Shown here piece after piece: positions 17,079-27,252 of a DNA stretch of 33,278 nt. The notes under the pieces are model-generated. The model was not told the origin of the DNA. It made no database searches and saw nothing but the letters and a program-made list of their open reading frames with translations. The position numbers and the translations under genes are program-made. This DNA comes from Calditrichia bacterium (GTDB lineage: Bacteria > Calditrichota > Calditrichia > RBG-13-44-9). How positions within the stretch are numbered: the stretch's first letter is position 1; each line of letters begins with the position of its first letter. Location: NCBI GenBank assembly GCA_037381445.1, contig JARRQT010000039.1, forward strand, positions 2,041-35,318, in the 5' to 3' direction.

Positions 17079-18236
17079 CTATTTAAGGAGCATCATTTTT
17101 TGCTTCTGCACAGAATTTCCCGCATTCAAACAACAAACATAAATCCCGCTGGCCAGATGCCCGGCTTCAAAAACATATTTATGCCTGCCGGCGGCAAGCA
17201 TTTTATTTGTAAGGGTAACGACTTCCTCTCCCAAAACATTATAGATTCTTAAAGTCACCAGCTCCGATCGCGGCAGAATAAATTCAATGGTCGTGCTGGG
17301 ATTAAAGGGATTCGGATAGTTTTGCAATAACCCAAAATCTTGCGGCGGATTTTTGGCATTTTTGATTCCAACCGGGCCCTGCGGGACTATTTTTTCAACC
17401 GTATTTACCGCCTGGCCGCCTTCGCCGATTCCGCCTACAACATAAAGATTATCCAGATATTTGGCCGTCGCCATCCAGTATCGCTCACTGCTTAGTTCAA
17501 ATCCATCCAGATGCCATTCATTCGCAGGAATGTCATAGGCAATGATGCTTTTGTACCAATCGCCGCCGATGCAATAAATGGTGCTGTCAAGAATGCCCAT
17601 GCCGCAAGCGTTTACCGGGTAGGGAGAATCCGCCAGTTGTGTCCATCGATCGATTTCCGGCGAATATTTATAAAACCCGGAAGAATAGTACCCGATAACG
17701 TAAATTTCATTATCAAAGAGGACCGACCTTAAACCGGCATCACCGTTGGCCGGACTATCCGCTATAGATGTCCATTCATCCGCGGCAATTTCGTAGCGAT
17801 AATTGTAACCATCAGGTAGAAAAAGGTAAATATAACCATCGAAATATTCCGCAGTAACACCCCAGGTCCAGATCGTACTGGGTCTGTGAGCGGGCGTAAA
17901 CCATGTCCCTTCCTCCAAAGAATACCGCTTGAAATAAAAACTCATACCCGGAAAACCGCCCAGCAGGTAAACATCGTTGACTGCCAAAACAGATTCCACG
18001 CCCCACAAGGCATTATAGGGAATGCTGTCGTGATATGCCCAGCTCCCGTCATACCTGTAGATGCGCTGATAAAGAAGCGAGGCTATGTCATCATTTGAGC
18101 CCCCGAAATGATAAACAGTGTTATGCCAGACTTCACAGGTCCCTGCGCCAATGGGGACCGGGAGGTCGGGCAAATCCTGCGCAATAAGCTGGCTCAGCAA
18201 CGCGCAGATAAAAAATATCCCTGTACAAATCTTCAT
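17079..18236 (-). CDS. Kelch-repeat beta-propeller protein with T9SS C-terminal domain
   Basis: Signal peptide; Kelch signatures VYHFGG, VYLLGG, IYVIG, IYCIGG, LYVVGG with Y...W; LQNYPNPFNP CTD. Confidence 0.9.
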   Translation of the reverse strand: MKICTGIFFICALLSQLIAQDLPDLPVPIGAGTCEVWHNTVYHFGGSNDDIASLLYQRIYRYDGSWAYHDSIPYNALWGVESVLAVNDVYLLGGFPGMSFYFKRYSLEEGTWFTPAHRPSTIWTWGVTAEYFDGYIYLFLPDGYNYRYEIAADEWTSIADSPANGDAGLRSVLFDNEIYVIGYYSSGFYKYSPEIDRWTQLADSPYPVNACGMGILDSTIYCIGGDWYKSIIAYDIPANEWHLDGFELSSERYWMATAKYLDNLYVVGGIGEGGQAVNTVEKIVPQGPVGIKNAKNPPQDFGLLQNYPNPFNPSTTIEFILPRSELVTLRIYNVLGEEVVTLTNKMLAAGRHKYVFEAGHLASGIYVCCLNAGNSVQKQKMMLLK

Positions 18237-18967
18237 AAGGTTCTCCTTCGTAAAAATTTAGAATATATTTCATTAAATTGATTTTATGCGAAACTCAATT
18301 TGAAATCATTTGAGATATGTCCCCGCGGAACTGCGTCGCAGGACAAAGAAGTTCTTATTATGGCGAAATCTGATGTTCTCATGTTTTGCCCGGCGCGGAT
18401 TTTGATAGCTTTGGTCTGATTAATATAATAATTGGAAAATAAGGATTGTCCCTTGCCGGCCATTATGAACCGATACCTGATTTTCCGATTTATGAAATCA
18501 ATCTTTTCATCAATCCGAATCTATCTATTTGGAAGAGATGGTCGAGCCGCATCATCCCTAAAATATCCGCAAGATCGACATCATTTTGCCGGGGCAGGGG
18601 ATAATGATTCAGTGCAGAGCAGGGAAGCACCGGATGGCGAAATCATAAGGGGTGTCGTGTTTTGGAGAGCAAGTTTGCTAGCAGAAGACTCCATTCAATT
18701 TTCCTGATTTTCCCAGCCAAAATTCATTTTTTGAAGCGTTTCTCAAAAATCCTGCTTTAAAACCAGTTCTTCAGGTAATTAAATTCACAATAAAATATAA
18801 AGGCATAGATAATAAAAAACAATATCTATGTGCCTGCCATGCAGATGTCAACAGATAAAGGGTACTATTTAAGGGGATGCAAATTTTTTGACAGGGCGGG
18901 TCATCGACAAAACATATTTTGATTCTGGATTTCCAGATTTTCAGAACAACAATACCAAAATACATAT

Positions 18968-19010
18968 AAAAAAGGCAGCTCACACAAATTATTTGCGCTG
19001 GTTGCCTTTA
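18968..19010 (-). terminator. Rho-independent terminator downstream of the AGE-family gene
   Basis: Minus strand reads AAGGCAAC-CAGCGCAAATAATTTGTGTGA-GCTGCCTT followed by a T-run. Confidence 0.6.
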
Positions 19011-19052
19011 TTAACTCAATTCCTCAAATAAATATTTTGCTGAAAATAATTT

Positions 19053-20855
19053 CTACTTCAGCAGAATGAGTTTGCGGGTTTGTGCAATATTGTCCGATTG
19101 CAGGCGGTAATAGTAGATCCCGCTCGCCAACTTGCCGGCATTCCATTGATATTCATATTCCCCGGTCGCCAGCCTGCCGGAAACCAGGGTCGCGACTTCC
19201 TTTCCCAGCACATCATAAATCTTTAGTGTTACGAAGCCGGGTTTCGGCAGCATAAAGCCGATAGTCGTAGTGGGATTGAAAGGATTGGGATAATTCTGGT
19301 ATAATTCCATGCTTTCCGGAAGAACGGGATTGTCCCGGCCTGCAATAATTGTCGCCGGTACCCTGCCGAAGGTGACCACAAAATGTCCGCCGGTTCCGGC
19401 AGGCAAAGTCAGCATTCGATTGCGCGAATCAAAATTTGCATAATTCTGTCCTTCCCTGTAAACAGAGCGGATTTCCAGTTCAGTGTCCTTAATGGCAAGC
19501 GGTGTGAGCAGAATCTCCCGCTGCTCCGGCGATGGAAAGAAATAATAATGCAGGATCGCCGGCTCATTTTTCACAAACAGCTTGCCATATAAATAGGCAT
19601 AGTAGCCCAGTTCAATGGAATGATAGCCGGCCTTACCGCCATTGCCTTTGTCTTCATTCCAGGCCATTTTCCCGTAGCGGGTGCGGTCCGAATAAACCTC
19701 GCCATACTGGCGGTCCACAAAATAATTCATGAAAAAATCCAGCGATTCATCCGCCATCCGCAGATAGAGTGAATCGGCGGTAATATCGAACATCTGAAGG
19801 CCGGCGGTGACGGCCTGCTCCATCTGCCACCATGCCTTGGCAGTATCAGGAAGTCCCCACAACAGCATTTCGCCGGTCACGCGGTTGAAGTCCTTGTAGG
19901 GGCCCCCGAATTCATGATCATATCCCTTCTCCCAAACATTGCCTATCAGCTTTTTGGCGGTACTGATATAGGAGGTATCGGGATCATTCTGATAAATACG
20001 GGCAAGGCACCAGCCTGATTTCAGAACATGCCCCATGATGGTCATGGTCTCGCTGTTGTCCCAGTTCCAGTTCGAATCATAATGCTCCACAAATCCCATG
20101 GCCTGTGCGGGCATGCTGGCCGCCAGATGATCGATAATCTCCCGCGCCATCTCCTCCAGCCGCGACTTGTAGGCGGGATCTTCGGTCAAAAGATAGAGAT
20201 AGAGGAGATGGGTGGTGACGGCATCCACCGTGGCATTGAAACTCTTATTGTAGGGATTGCCTCCCAGGTAATTTGTGGCGTCATAATAACCCGAATATGC
20301 CGGGCGGGAATCCCAGAACCGGGCTTCCAGGTGATCGTAGCTTTTCATCAGCCAGTTCCATGCGGTGGTGTCGCCGGTGGCCTCGTAATAGGCCATAATT
20401 CCCAGCATGGCATAATGCTGATAAAAAGCGGTCTTGTCGGAAAAAGGATATAACGCATTGCCGTTTTTATCCAGTTCCTGATACCAGCCGCCGTAGTTCA
20501 GGTCCCAGGCATGCTGATACATGAAATTGAGCGCTTTTCCGGCCAGGGACAGGTAGGTGGTATCCCCGGTCAGCATAAATGCCCGCACCAAACCGTAGGC
20601 ATTTCTGGCCTGGGTGAGCATGTTTTTATTAGTCCCGTACCCGGTGATGACATTACCGTATTTATTGATGTTGGTATAAAATCCGCCGCTGCTCTCATCC
20701 CAGGTGTTCAGCCAGAATTGGGCGCAGCTGTCCACATAACCAATGGCATTATCCGGATTCCGGAGATAGGGGGAGTGGATGGTTGTCTGCGATGCGGCGG
20801 ATACAGCCATAAATACAATTAAAAAGAAGATCAGGAATGTGAAGCGGCATTTCAT
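19053..20855 (-). CDS. AGE-family (N-acylglucosamine/cellobiose 2-epimerase-like) (alpha/alpha)6 protein with signal peptide and T9SS C-terminal domain
   Basis: WDESSGGFY, TQARNAY, AWDLNYGGWY, MGHVLKSGW, GYDHEFGG, AWWQMEQ, FVDRQYGE, KAGYH; YQNYPNPFNP CTD. Confidence 0.85.
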   Translation of the reverse strand: MKCRFTFLIFFLIVFMAVSAASQTTIHSPYLRNPDNAIGYVDSCAQFWLNTWDESSGGFYTNINKYGNVITGYGTNKNMLTQARNAYGLVRAFMLTGDTTYLSLAGKALNFMYQHAWDLNYGGWYQELDKNGNALYPFSDKTAFYQHYAMLGIMAYYEATGDTTAWNWLMKSYDHLEARFWDSRPAYSGYYDATNYLGGNPYNKSFNATVDAVTTHLLYLYLLTEDPAYKSRLEEMAREIIDHLAASMPAQAMGFVEHYDSNWNWDNSETMTIMGHVLKSGWCLARIYQNDPDTSYISTAKKLIGNVWEKGYDHEFGGPYKDFNRVTGEMLLWGLPDTAKAWWQMEQAVTAGLQMFDITADSLYLRMADESLDFFMNYFVDRQYGEVYSDRTRYGKMAWNEDKGNGGKAGYHSIELGYYAYLYGKLFVKNEPAILHYYFFPSPEQREILLTPLAIKDTELEIRSVYREGQNYANFDSRNRMLTLPAGTGGHFVVTFGRVPATIIAGRDNPVLPESMELYQNYPNPFNPTTTIGFMLPKPGFVTLKIYDVLGKEVATLVSGRLATGEYEYQWNAGKLASGIYYYRLQSDNIAQTRKLILLK

Positions 20856-20920
20856 ATCATTTTCTCTCGCTGTTTTTAGAATTTGTCCCGGCTTGGAAAA
20901 TTAATCTGCACGCATCTCCG

Positions 20921-20955
20921 ATAAAGCGGGAAAGGCGCATCCAATAGCCTTTCCC
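20921..20955 (-). terminator. Hairpin / probable terminator after the beta-helix gene
   Basis: Perfect inverted repeat GGGAAAGGC (20928-20936) / GCCTTTCCC (20947-20955); weak T-tract on the minus strand. Confidence 0.45.
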
Positions 20956-20988
20956 TATAACGGAATTAAAGTGAATTTAGTAACCCGG

Positions 20989-23370
20989 CTATTTCATCAA
21001 AACCAATTTTTTTATTTGATGATAAGGTCCGCTGTCCAGACGGTAGAAATACACGCCGCTGGCCAATCCGCTGGCATCCCAATCATATTTATATTTGCCG
21101 GCTGGCAAATTTTTGGAAACAAGCGTTGCGATCTTTCTGCCGGTAACATCGTACACTGCCAGCGTGACAAAGCTGTTCGCTGATAGTTGAAAGCTGATGG
21201 CTGTTGTGGGATTGAAAGGATTGGGAAAGTTTTGAAAGAGCACGGAAGATTTCGGAATACCGGCTATCGGCCGTGGTTCAATACCCACAACAAAAAATTC
21301 GTCGGCGCCCATATCCGGTGAGAGTCCCATTGGCCGGGCCTCGCCTTCAAAATCCTCTGAGGGACAGTTACAGATCATACCCCCAAAGTCATGCGAGGTA
21401 ATCCCTGCATCTCTGCAGGGGCTGGCAGGGGAGAGGTGGCAGAGGGTATCGCCCGGTATAAATTGAGGATCGGCGTCAATATTCCCGTTCATCCAGCTTA
21501 TGGTTGCTGCCGAATCAATGGCAATGCTGTCCTGCCCGAATTGCACGTCAGAGTATGCAACCTGCAATGTCCCACCCCACATTTCGATTTCCGGACCATG
21601 CGGCGAATTATTACCCCAGCAGATGGTGTTCATCAAAACAACTTTTGCGTTATCACAAACAATGGCTCCTGCCGTATCGGCGGCATTGCCGGTAATGGTA
21701 TTATTTATTATTTGTACAAGATGGCTCCCTCCAGATTCATCCCCATTAAAAATACCACCACCCCAATGCGCTGTGTTGCCACAAATAATATTATTTGTAA
21801 TTTGATAATTGCCGAAATAAGTGAGCACCGCCCCACCGTACTTGGCACTATTTTCGATGAAAAGGTTTTTCGAAAAGCTTATATTAGAATTTTCAACATC
21901 ACATGCGCCACCCGATCTGTTACTAAGAATTGCTCCGCCCCAACCATGCGCCTCGTTAGCGACAAAGGTGTTATTTATAATCTGGTAGTTCCCGGAATAG
22001 TTAAACAATGCTCCGCCGTATATAGCCTGGTTTTCACTGAAGAGATTGTTTTGAATGGTCAAGCTTGATTGCTGAAAATAAAACGCACCCGCAGTAGTAT
22101 CAGCGGTGTTTTTTATAAATTCATTATCTGTGACAGTACCTCCGGTTGAGCTCTGTTCATAGATACCTCCGCCATATTCACTTGTATTCCCTTCAAGGCG
22201 GTTATTCTGAACTGTTACACCCGATATCTCTTCGAAGCATATTCCTCCCCCGACACCAATTTTGCCCCCGGTCGCTGAATTATAAGAAATGATATTATTC
22301 TTCAATACACTGATTTCTTTTGCTCTCCACAATCTTACCCCTGCGCCAATACCGCGGCTGCCTCCCGTCCGATTATGAATTATTATATTATCCCAAATTT
22401 GAACATTACAAAATACGACATCAATGCCTCCGCCATATCCGCCATAAGTTCCGGGTGTTTCGGCCTGATTGTCGCTAATGGTGTTTCCTGAAATAACGAC
22501 CAGCGTTCTGGTGGCGGTATCCTCACATTGTGCTCCAATTCCGCCGCCCCCGGCAAAAATTGGCTGGCCGGTGACCGTATTGAAACGGATTGTGTTTCCC
22601 GTAATTCTTCCCTTTACGATATGAATTCCTCCTCCGGAAATATAGCTTGCAGTGCTGGATGAAGATATCGTATTCGATTCGATAATATTGTTCTCAATAA
22701 TAACAAATCGTGCAGTTGCATTGCTGAGCGGCCAATAGCCAATGCCTCCGCCTGCACATTCATTATTATGATTGACCGTATTAAAGATGATTTTATTGTG
22801 CACAATACGTGCCCCTGAATTTGCACAATAAATACCTCCGCCGACCCGGGTGGCTGCATCATACATAGTACCCGTCCCGCCGGTAATGGAGAATCCGTAA
22901 ATCACCGAGTTGGTATCCTCCCCAGTGACAAAAAATACCACCGAGCCGGCATTGGGATTGAGCGGCTGGCTGCCGTCGATAATGGTGCTGTTAATGTGAT
23001 TGGTATCCTGATCCATAATATAATAGCTGGCAACGGTGATGGCCTTCCCCATGAAATTGATATTTTCGTAGTAGGTGCTGTCTGCCACCAGCACCGTGTC
23101 GCCGTTAACCGCAGCGTTAATCCCGGCTTGAATGGATGGCTGGTCTTCCGGCACCCGAATAATACCATCTGGAGACCAAACAATGGTTTCGTTCGGCAGC
23201 ATGTTTATGTGGCTGCTTTGTTGGCTGTGGGTTAATACACTGCTTTTGACTACTGCAGGAATGCTGGGCCGGATTTGAGGTGTTTTCGGCAACTTGCTTT
23301 TTATTCCGGCATACGGCCAGCCAACCATGAAAAACATAATAGTGATGATAGTGATAACAGAATATTTCAT
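20989..23370 (-). CDS. Right-handed parallel beta-helix (pectin-lyase-like) repeat protein with T9SS C-terminal domain
   Basis: IRVPEDQPSIQAGINAAVNGDTVLVADSTYYENINF start, many GGGI and N..I..N repeats, GNIDADPQF, SPCRDAG, PDMGADE; FQNFPNPFNP CTD. Confidence 0.9.
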   Translation of the reverse strand: MKYSVITIITIMFFMVGWPYAGIKSKLPKTPQIRPSIPAVVKSSVLTHSQQSSHINMLPNETIVWSPDGIIRVPEDQPSIQAGINAAVNGDTVLVADSTYYENINFMGKAITVASYYIMDQDTNHINSTIIDGSQPLNPNAGSVVFFVTGEDTNSVIYGFSITGGTGTMYDAATRVGGGIYCANSGARIVHNKIIFNTVNHNNECAGGGIGYWPLSNATARFVIIENNIIESNTISSSSTASYISGGGIHIVKGRITGNTIRFNTVTGQPIFAGGGGIGAQCEDTATRTLVVISGNTISDNQAETPGTYGGYGGGIDVVFCNVQIWDNIIIHNRTGGSRGIGAGVRLWRAKEISVLKNNIISYNSATGGKIGVGGGICFEEISGVTVQNNRLEGNTSEYGGGIYEQSSTGGTVTDNEFIKNTADTTAGAFYFQQSSLTIQNNLFSENQAIYGGALFNYSGNYQIINNTFVANEAHGWGGAILSNRSGGACDVENSNISFSKNLFIENSAKYGGAVLTYFGNYQITNNIICGNTAHWGGGIFNGDESGGSHLVQIINNTITGNAADTAGAIVCDNAKVVLMNTICWGNNSPHGPEIEMWGGTLQVAYSDVQFGQDSIAIDSAATISWMNGNIDADPQFIPGDTLCHLSPASPCRDAGITSHDFGGMICNCPSEDFEGEARPMGLSPDMGADEFFVVGIEPRPIAGIPKSSVLFQNFPNPFNPTTAISFQLSANSFVTLAVYDVTGRKIATLVSKNLPAGKYKYDWDASGLASGVYFYRLDSGPYHQIKKLVLMK

Positions 23371-23394
23371 AAAGTACCCCCCTTGTGTTTTTAT

Positions 23395-23424
23395 CCTTCT
23401 GGGGTTTTCAATGTCTCCAGAAGG
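23395..23424. repeat. Intergenic inverted repeat (hairpin without U-tract on the coding strand)
   Basis: CCTTCTGG / CCAGAAGG arms between the protease and beta-helix genes. Confidence 0.4.
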
Positions 23425-23452
23425 TTTGATCGTTTTGCTTTTGACGTTAAAT

Positions 23453-26359
23453 TTACCTGATTAAAAGCATTTTCTTTGTTTGCACAAAATCGCCGGTATC
23501 TAATCTGCAAACATACACTCCACTCGCCAGGCCGCTGGCATCCCAAATTACACTGTAATATCCCGCCGGCTGCTTTGCAGATACCAGAGTGGCCACTTTT
23601 TGACCAAGGAGGTTATAGATGCTCAATTCCACTTCGCTGCTGATCGGCAACTGATATTTTATGATGGTCAGTGGGTTAAACGGATTGGGGTAATTTTGCT
23701 CTAATTTCCAGGTGCTGGGAAGATTAGTTGCCGCCTCTGTGTTTTCCATACCGACTGGAACGGATCGAATCTCTATATCATCGATCACGACTCCGTAATT
23801 GGTATTCTGTCCATCGGATACAAAACGAAAGCGTATCCATACTTTTGAGACATCAAGTTTTGGCAAATCGACTTTGCGCTGTTTCCAGACAAAATCAATT
23901 CCGGATAGCGAATCCAGTTTTTGCCAGATCAGGCTATCACCGCTTATTTCCAGATAGCAGATATCCTTGTCGAATTCCGTTTGATATCTGGTCCAGTAAC
24001 TCAGTGTGACATGGCCTGCTTCGCGGTAATCAAATCCCCTTTTATAGGTGATGGCGTCGTTCATGTTATTGGAATAAGGAATTTTCCCACCATTAACATG
24101 AATTGATTTATCACCCCAATGGCTGGCGATTTTGGTGATACCCCAGCCTCCTTCAAAAGTCCATAAACCTGTTTCGGTTTCGAATCCGTCAACCATACTG
24201 GAAAAGCTGATGCTAGATCGAATCGACTTATCATAGGAGTGATACTCATGGGGAAAATTAACCACAGAAACCTGAGCCTCAGACGCGCCAGGATTTCCCG
24301 GGGAGAATGTTTCAAATTTGATGACTTCCGTGGCTCCGGAGATGATTTCCTGCACATGCGTCGTATCGCAATACTCCTGTGAACTGATGCTGCAAACCAG
24401 ATCGAAATCGGTCGCATCATTGATACCATGATTAATAAGTTCTACTGATGGTTGAATAGGTGTATAAAGCGGTATACTTATAGCAGGCACATTTATTTTT
24501 TGCAGGGCAATGCCATAATCTGGTGCTTTCAATTTCATATCCAATAAAAATTGTGCTGCAGGCAGCGTTGTGTCATTTGATGAAAAGAGTATCCTTCCCC
24601 GGTAATCACCCGGAACCAGGTTCCTGGTTTTTATCTCCATATCAATTAAAATTGATTCGGACGGAGCTATAACGCCTCCGCCCTCCGGAATGGCTATCCA
24701 GTCAGCCCGGCCTATCGTGAATCCCGATTTCTTAATAGCTGGCGTATCTTCACCATGATTTTCGAATATCATGCCGCCATTGTCAGAGACAATAATATCA
24801 TCAACGAAAAATCCTTTCAGGGATGCATCATCCAGTGTGCAATATCCTCCATCAGAAGCCATTGCGAAACGGATCACGACGCTATCGGATTTAAATGAGG
24901 AAAGATTCATATCAATGGGAATCCATCCCTCGCTAATTCCCGCCCAACCGGGGATGTAGGGGCCCATGTTCCAGCATGTTGGATGTCCAAAGCTGTAAAT
25001 GCTCCGGAAATTGTATGGGGGGCTCAACGGCTGGATAACCTGAAAATTTTGACCGTTATCAACTGAAATCCAGACATTACACCCGTCCCAGCCGTCAAAT
25101 GGATAGACAGCGGGACCCGATACCTCCGGATCCTCCAGCATCCAGGAACCCAGGAAGGACAATATCGGCTCTGTGGCACCTGTCAGGTTCAGAGCAGGCA
25201 AATCCAGGTATTGCAGCCAGGAATTTTCATAACCGCCAACGCCTGGATTTCCACACCACCAGGAGACCTTGTCCAGGGAATTAAGACTATCCGGATGAAA
25301 ATAGGAACGAAGCGGAATTTCAAAATCGATTGGAGTTATGCTCAATGCGGTCATGCTCTGATTGGAGACAGTAATATCGTAGGCTGTTGAATCACCGACA
25401 AAAAGAGCAATGTCCAGATGATCCGGTGATACAGCAACTGCAGGGCCACCGGTGAGTTCATCCCAAATAAAAGGCAGATACGTTCCCATATCGCATTGCC
25501 CCCACTTGATGCGGAAATAACCGGATTCGCCCCAGTCGGCACTCCAGCTGTTTTTACAAAGCCAACTCTGTTCTTCATCATTCCAGCCGACAATTAATAT
25601 AAAATGCCCGCCTTCGAATTGACCGGATACATGTTCGTAAATGCCGCTGGAGTAGGCAAATAAATCAGAATATACGGATAAATAAGCCGAAACCGGGTGC
25701 TGGTAAATGGCATTCTTGATGTTTTGCACGATGGGTTCATCCAGCGTAATAAAACCCCAACCGGGAATTTTCACCGCTTCATCCCGCCAGTTGTCACAAG
25801 CGTCGCTGCAAGACACCTGATCATCTGCACTGTATTTTAGACAGGCTTCTGAGGGCAACCCTTCAGCGGCTATAAAATCCAAAGCTGAGAAGGCGCTTCC
25901 ACCGTCACAGGAACCGGCGTTGCCGCAGGAGAGAATAAACTGCTCGGAGAGATCGATCATGGAATCTGGATTGTTGTAGTAAATTTTCCACCATGATTCG
26001 ACCTGCGCCACCGCCGAAAAATCCCAGCAACTTCCGCAATTGCCCTGGTTCTTAACTGGCGTTACCCAGTTACCATTATTATTGCGCCAGTCGAATTTTG
26101 AAGGTATTTCCTTGGCTTCCGACAATCTTAGCAGTCGGGATTGTGCATTTTGTGGGATATCAGGCAGACCGCCGCAGAGTGCTCTTCGCTCATCGGGGGT
26201 AAGCCTCATTACCCAATTGTCGGAAGCCGTCCAGTTGGCTCCACTTGCTCTGATGGCCTCCCTTATTTGGTCGATATCCCGTGTGTCGGTCGCATTTAAA
26301 TGCTGATATAATAAGATTAGGTAGGGTAAAAGCAAAATAATTAAGATACTCTTTTTCAT
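23453..26359 (-). CDS. Papain-family (C1A) cysteine protease with C-terminal beta-sandwich domains and T9SS C-terminal domain
   Basis: FDWRN, PVKNQGNCGSCW (catalytic Cys), DLSEQ, GGHFILIVGW (His), KNSW..DWGESGYF (Asn); LEQNYPNPFNP CTD. Confidence 0.93.
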   Translation of the reverse strand: MKKSILIILLLPYLILLYQHLNATDTRDIDQIREAIRASGANWTASDNWVMRLTPDERRALCGGLPDIPQNAQSRLLRLSEAKEIPSKFDWRNNNGNWVTPVKNQGNCGSCWDFSAVAQVESWWKIYYNNPDSMIDLSEQFILSCGNAGSCDGGSAFSALDFIAAEGLPSEACLKYSADDQVSCSDACDNWRDEAVKIPGWGFITLDEPIVQNIKNAIYQHPVSAYLSVYSDLFAYSSGIYEHVSGQFEGGHFILIVGWNDEEQSWLCKNSWSADWGESGYFRIKWGQCDMGTYLPFIWDELTGGPAVAVSPDHLDIALFVGDSTAYDITVSNQSMTALSITPIDFEIPLRSYFHPDSLNSLDKVSWWCGNPGVGGYENSWLQYLDLPALNLTGATEPILSFLGSWMLEDPEVSGPAVYPFDGWDGCNVWISVDNGQNFQVIQPLSPPYNFRSIYSFGHPTCWNMGPYIPGWAGISEGWIPIDMNLSSFKSDSVVIRFAMASDGGYCTLDDASLKGFFVDDIIVSDNGGMIFENHGEDTPAIKKSGFTIGRADWIAIPEGGGVIAPSESILIDMEIKTRNLVPGDYRGRILFSSNDTTLPAAQFLLDMKLKAPDYGIALQKINVPAISIPLYTPIQPSVELINHGINDATDFDLVCSISSQEYCDTTHVQEIISGATEVIKFETFSPGNPGASEAQVSVVNFPHEYHSYDKSIRSSISFSSMVDGFETETGLWTFEGGWGITKIASHWGDKSIHVNGGKIPYSNNMNDAITYKRGFDYREAGHVTLSYWTRYQTEFDKDICYLEISGDSLIWQKLDSLSGIDFVWKQRKVDLPKLDVSKVWIRFRFVSDGQNTNYGVVIDDIEIRSVPVGMENTEAATNLPSTWKLEQNYPNPFNPLTIIKYQLPISSEVELSIYNLLGQKVATLVSAKQPAGYYSVIWDASGLASGVYVCRLDTGDFVQTKKMLLIR

Positions 26360-26532
26360 GATGAACCTCGGTGATTTAAATTATTGCCATGTCGGCTAAG
26401 GCGTTGCATGAGATTAGCTTATCAATAAGGTTTAAATTTATTCTTCTCATGCAGACTTTGCATCTAATATTGATCGCATATATTTCTCAAATTATAGCGC
26501 GCAAATTAGTGACAATCCCGCTGGAACTGATC

Positions 26533-26901
26533 CTATAAGATGCTTTTTATCAAAATCGGCAGATCGGACAGACTTTCTTTTAATACATAGGCGCATACCC
26601 CGATATTTTTTGCTTTCTCACGATATGCCGCGTCAGCGTAATGGGTAACGATGATTATTTTGGCATCCGGATGTTCCGCTTTGATTTTCCGGGAAGCGGT
26701 CAGCCCGTTCATGAGCTCCAGCCTGATATCCATCAGAACCCAGTCCGGCTTCAATATTTCATACAAATCAACGGCCTCCTGCCCGTCGCGGCACCTGTGA
26801 ATGGCGCCCACTTTGCCCAGTCCATGCATGAGAATATTATGAATCATATCCTGCATTTTGGCGTTGTCCTCAACAATCAGGATTTTCATTTCGAACCGCA
26901 T
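26533..26901 (-). CDS. Single-domain response regulator receiver protein
   Basis: KILIVED, PDWVLMDI, NGL, IIIVT, AYVLKE; no output domain. Start may be ATG 26889. Confidence 0.9.
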   Translation of the reverse strand: MRFEMKILIVEDNAKMQDMIHNILMHGLGKVGAIHRCRDGQEAVDLYEILKPDWVLMDIRLELMNGLTASRKIKAEHPDAKIIIVTHYADAAYREKAKNIGVCAYVLKESLSDLPILIKSIL

Positions 26902-27075
26902 GAATTTATTATCTGAAAAAGTTGGAAAAGAATTATCAGCAGGAGACTCAGTCAGTAACGGATCACACCGGGTAATAACGATTGTTGGTTATCCGTTTTC
27001 GGCCATGGGCCTGAATTACAGGACGCCGGGCCTTCATAACATTTCATTATATAAAAAGGATTGATAATTGTAAAG

Positions 27076-27137
27076 ATGGGGGAGTGCTCATTTTAATGGG
27101 AACATGCCTGCTCATTTTGTTGAGTACGAATACTCAT
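27076..27137. promoter_or_regulatory. Putative NarL/LuxR-family response regulator binding sites
   Basis: Palindrome TGAGTA-CGAA-TACTCA (27121-27136) plus two more TGCTCAT copies at 27085 and 27109, upstream of the single-domain receiver gene. Confidence 0.45.
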
Positions 27138-27252
27138 TCGGAAAGTCAATATCGTTATAAATCCTTTGATTGAACAAATTGCAGCTTGAATATTCCGGAA
27201 GAAATGTACCATTATTTGCTCTCATATTTTGTAAGGCAGGAGAAGCGCCAAA

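Noticed and set aside
18237..19052. Long intergenic region with ORFs 18432-18707 and 18771-18983
   Set aside because: No motif or convincing RBS; only the terminator hairpin is supportable.
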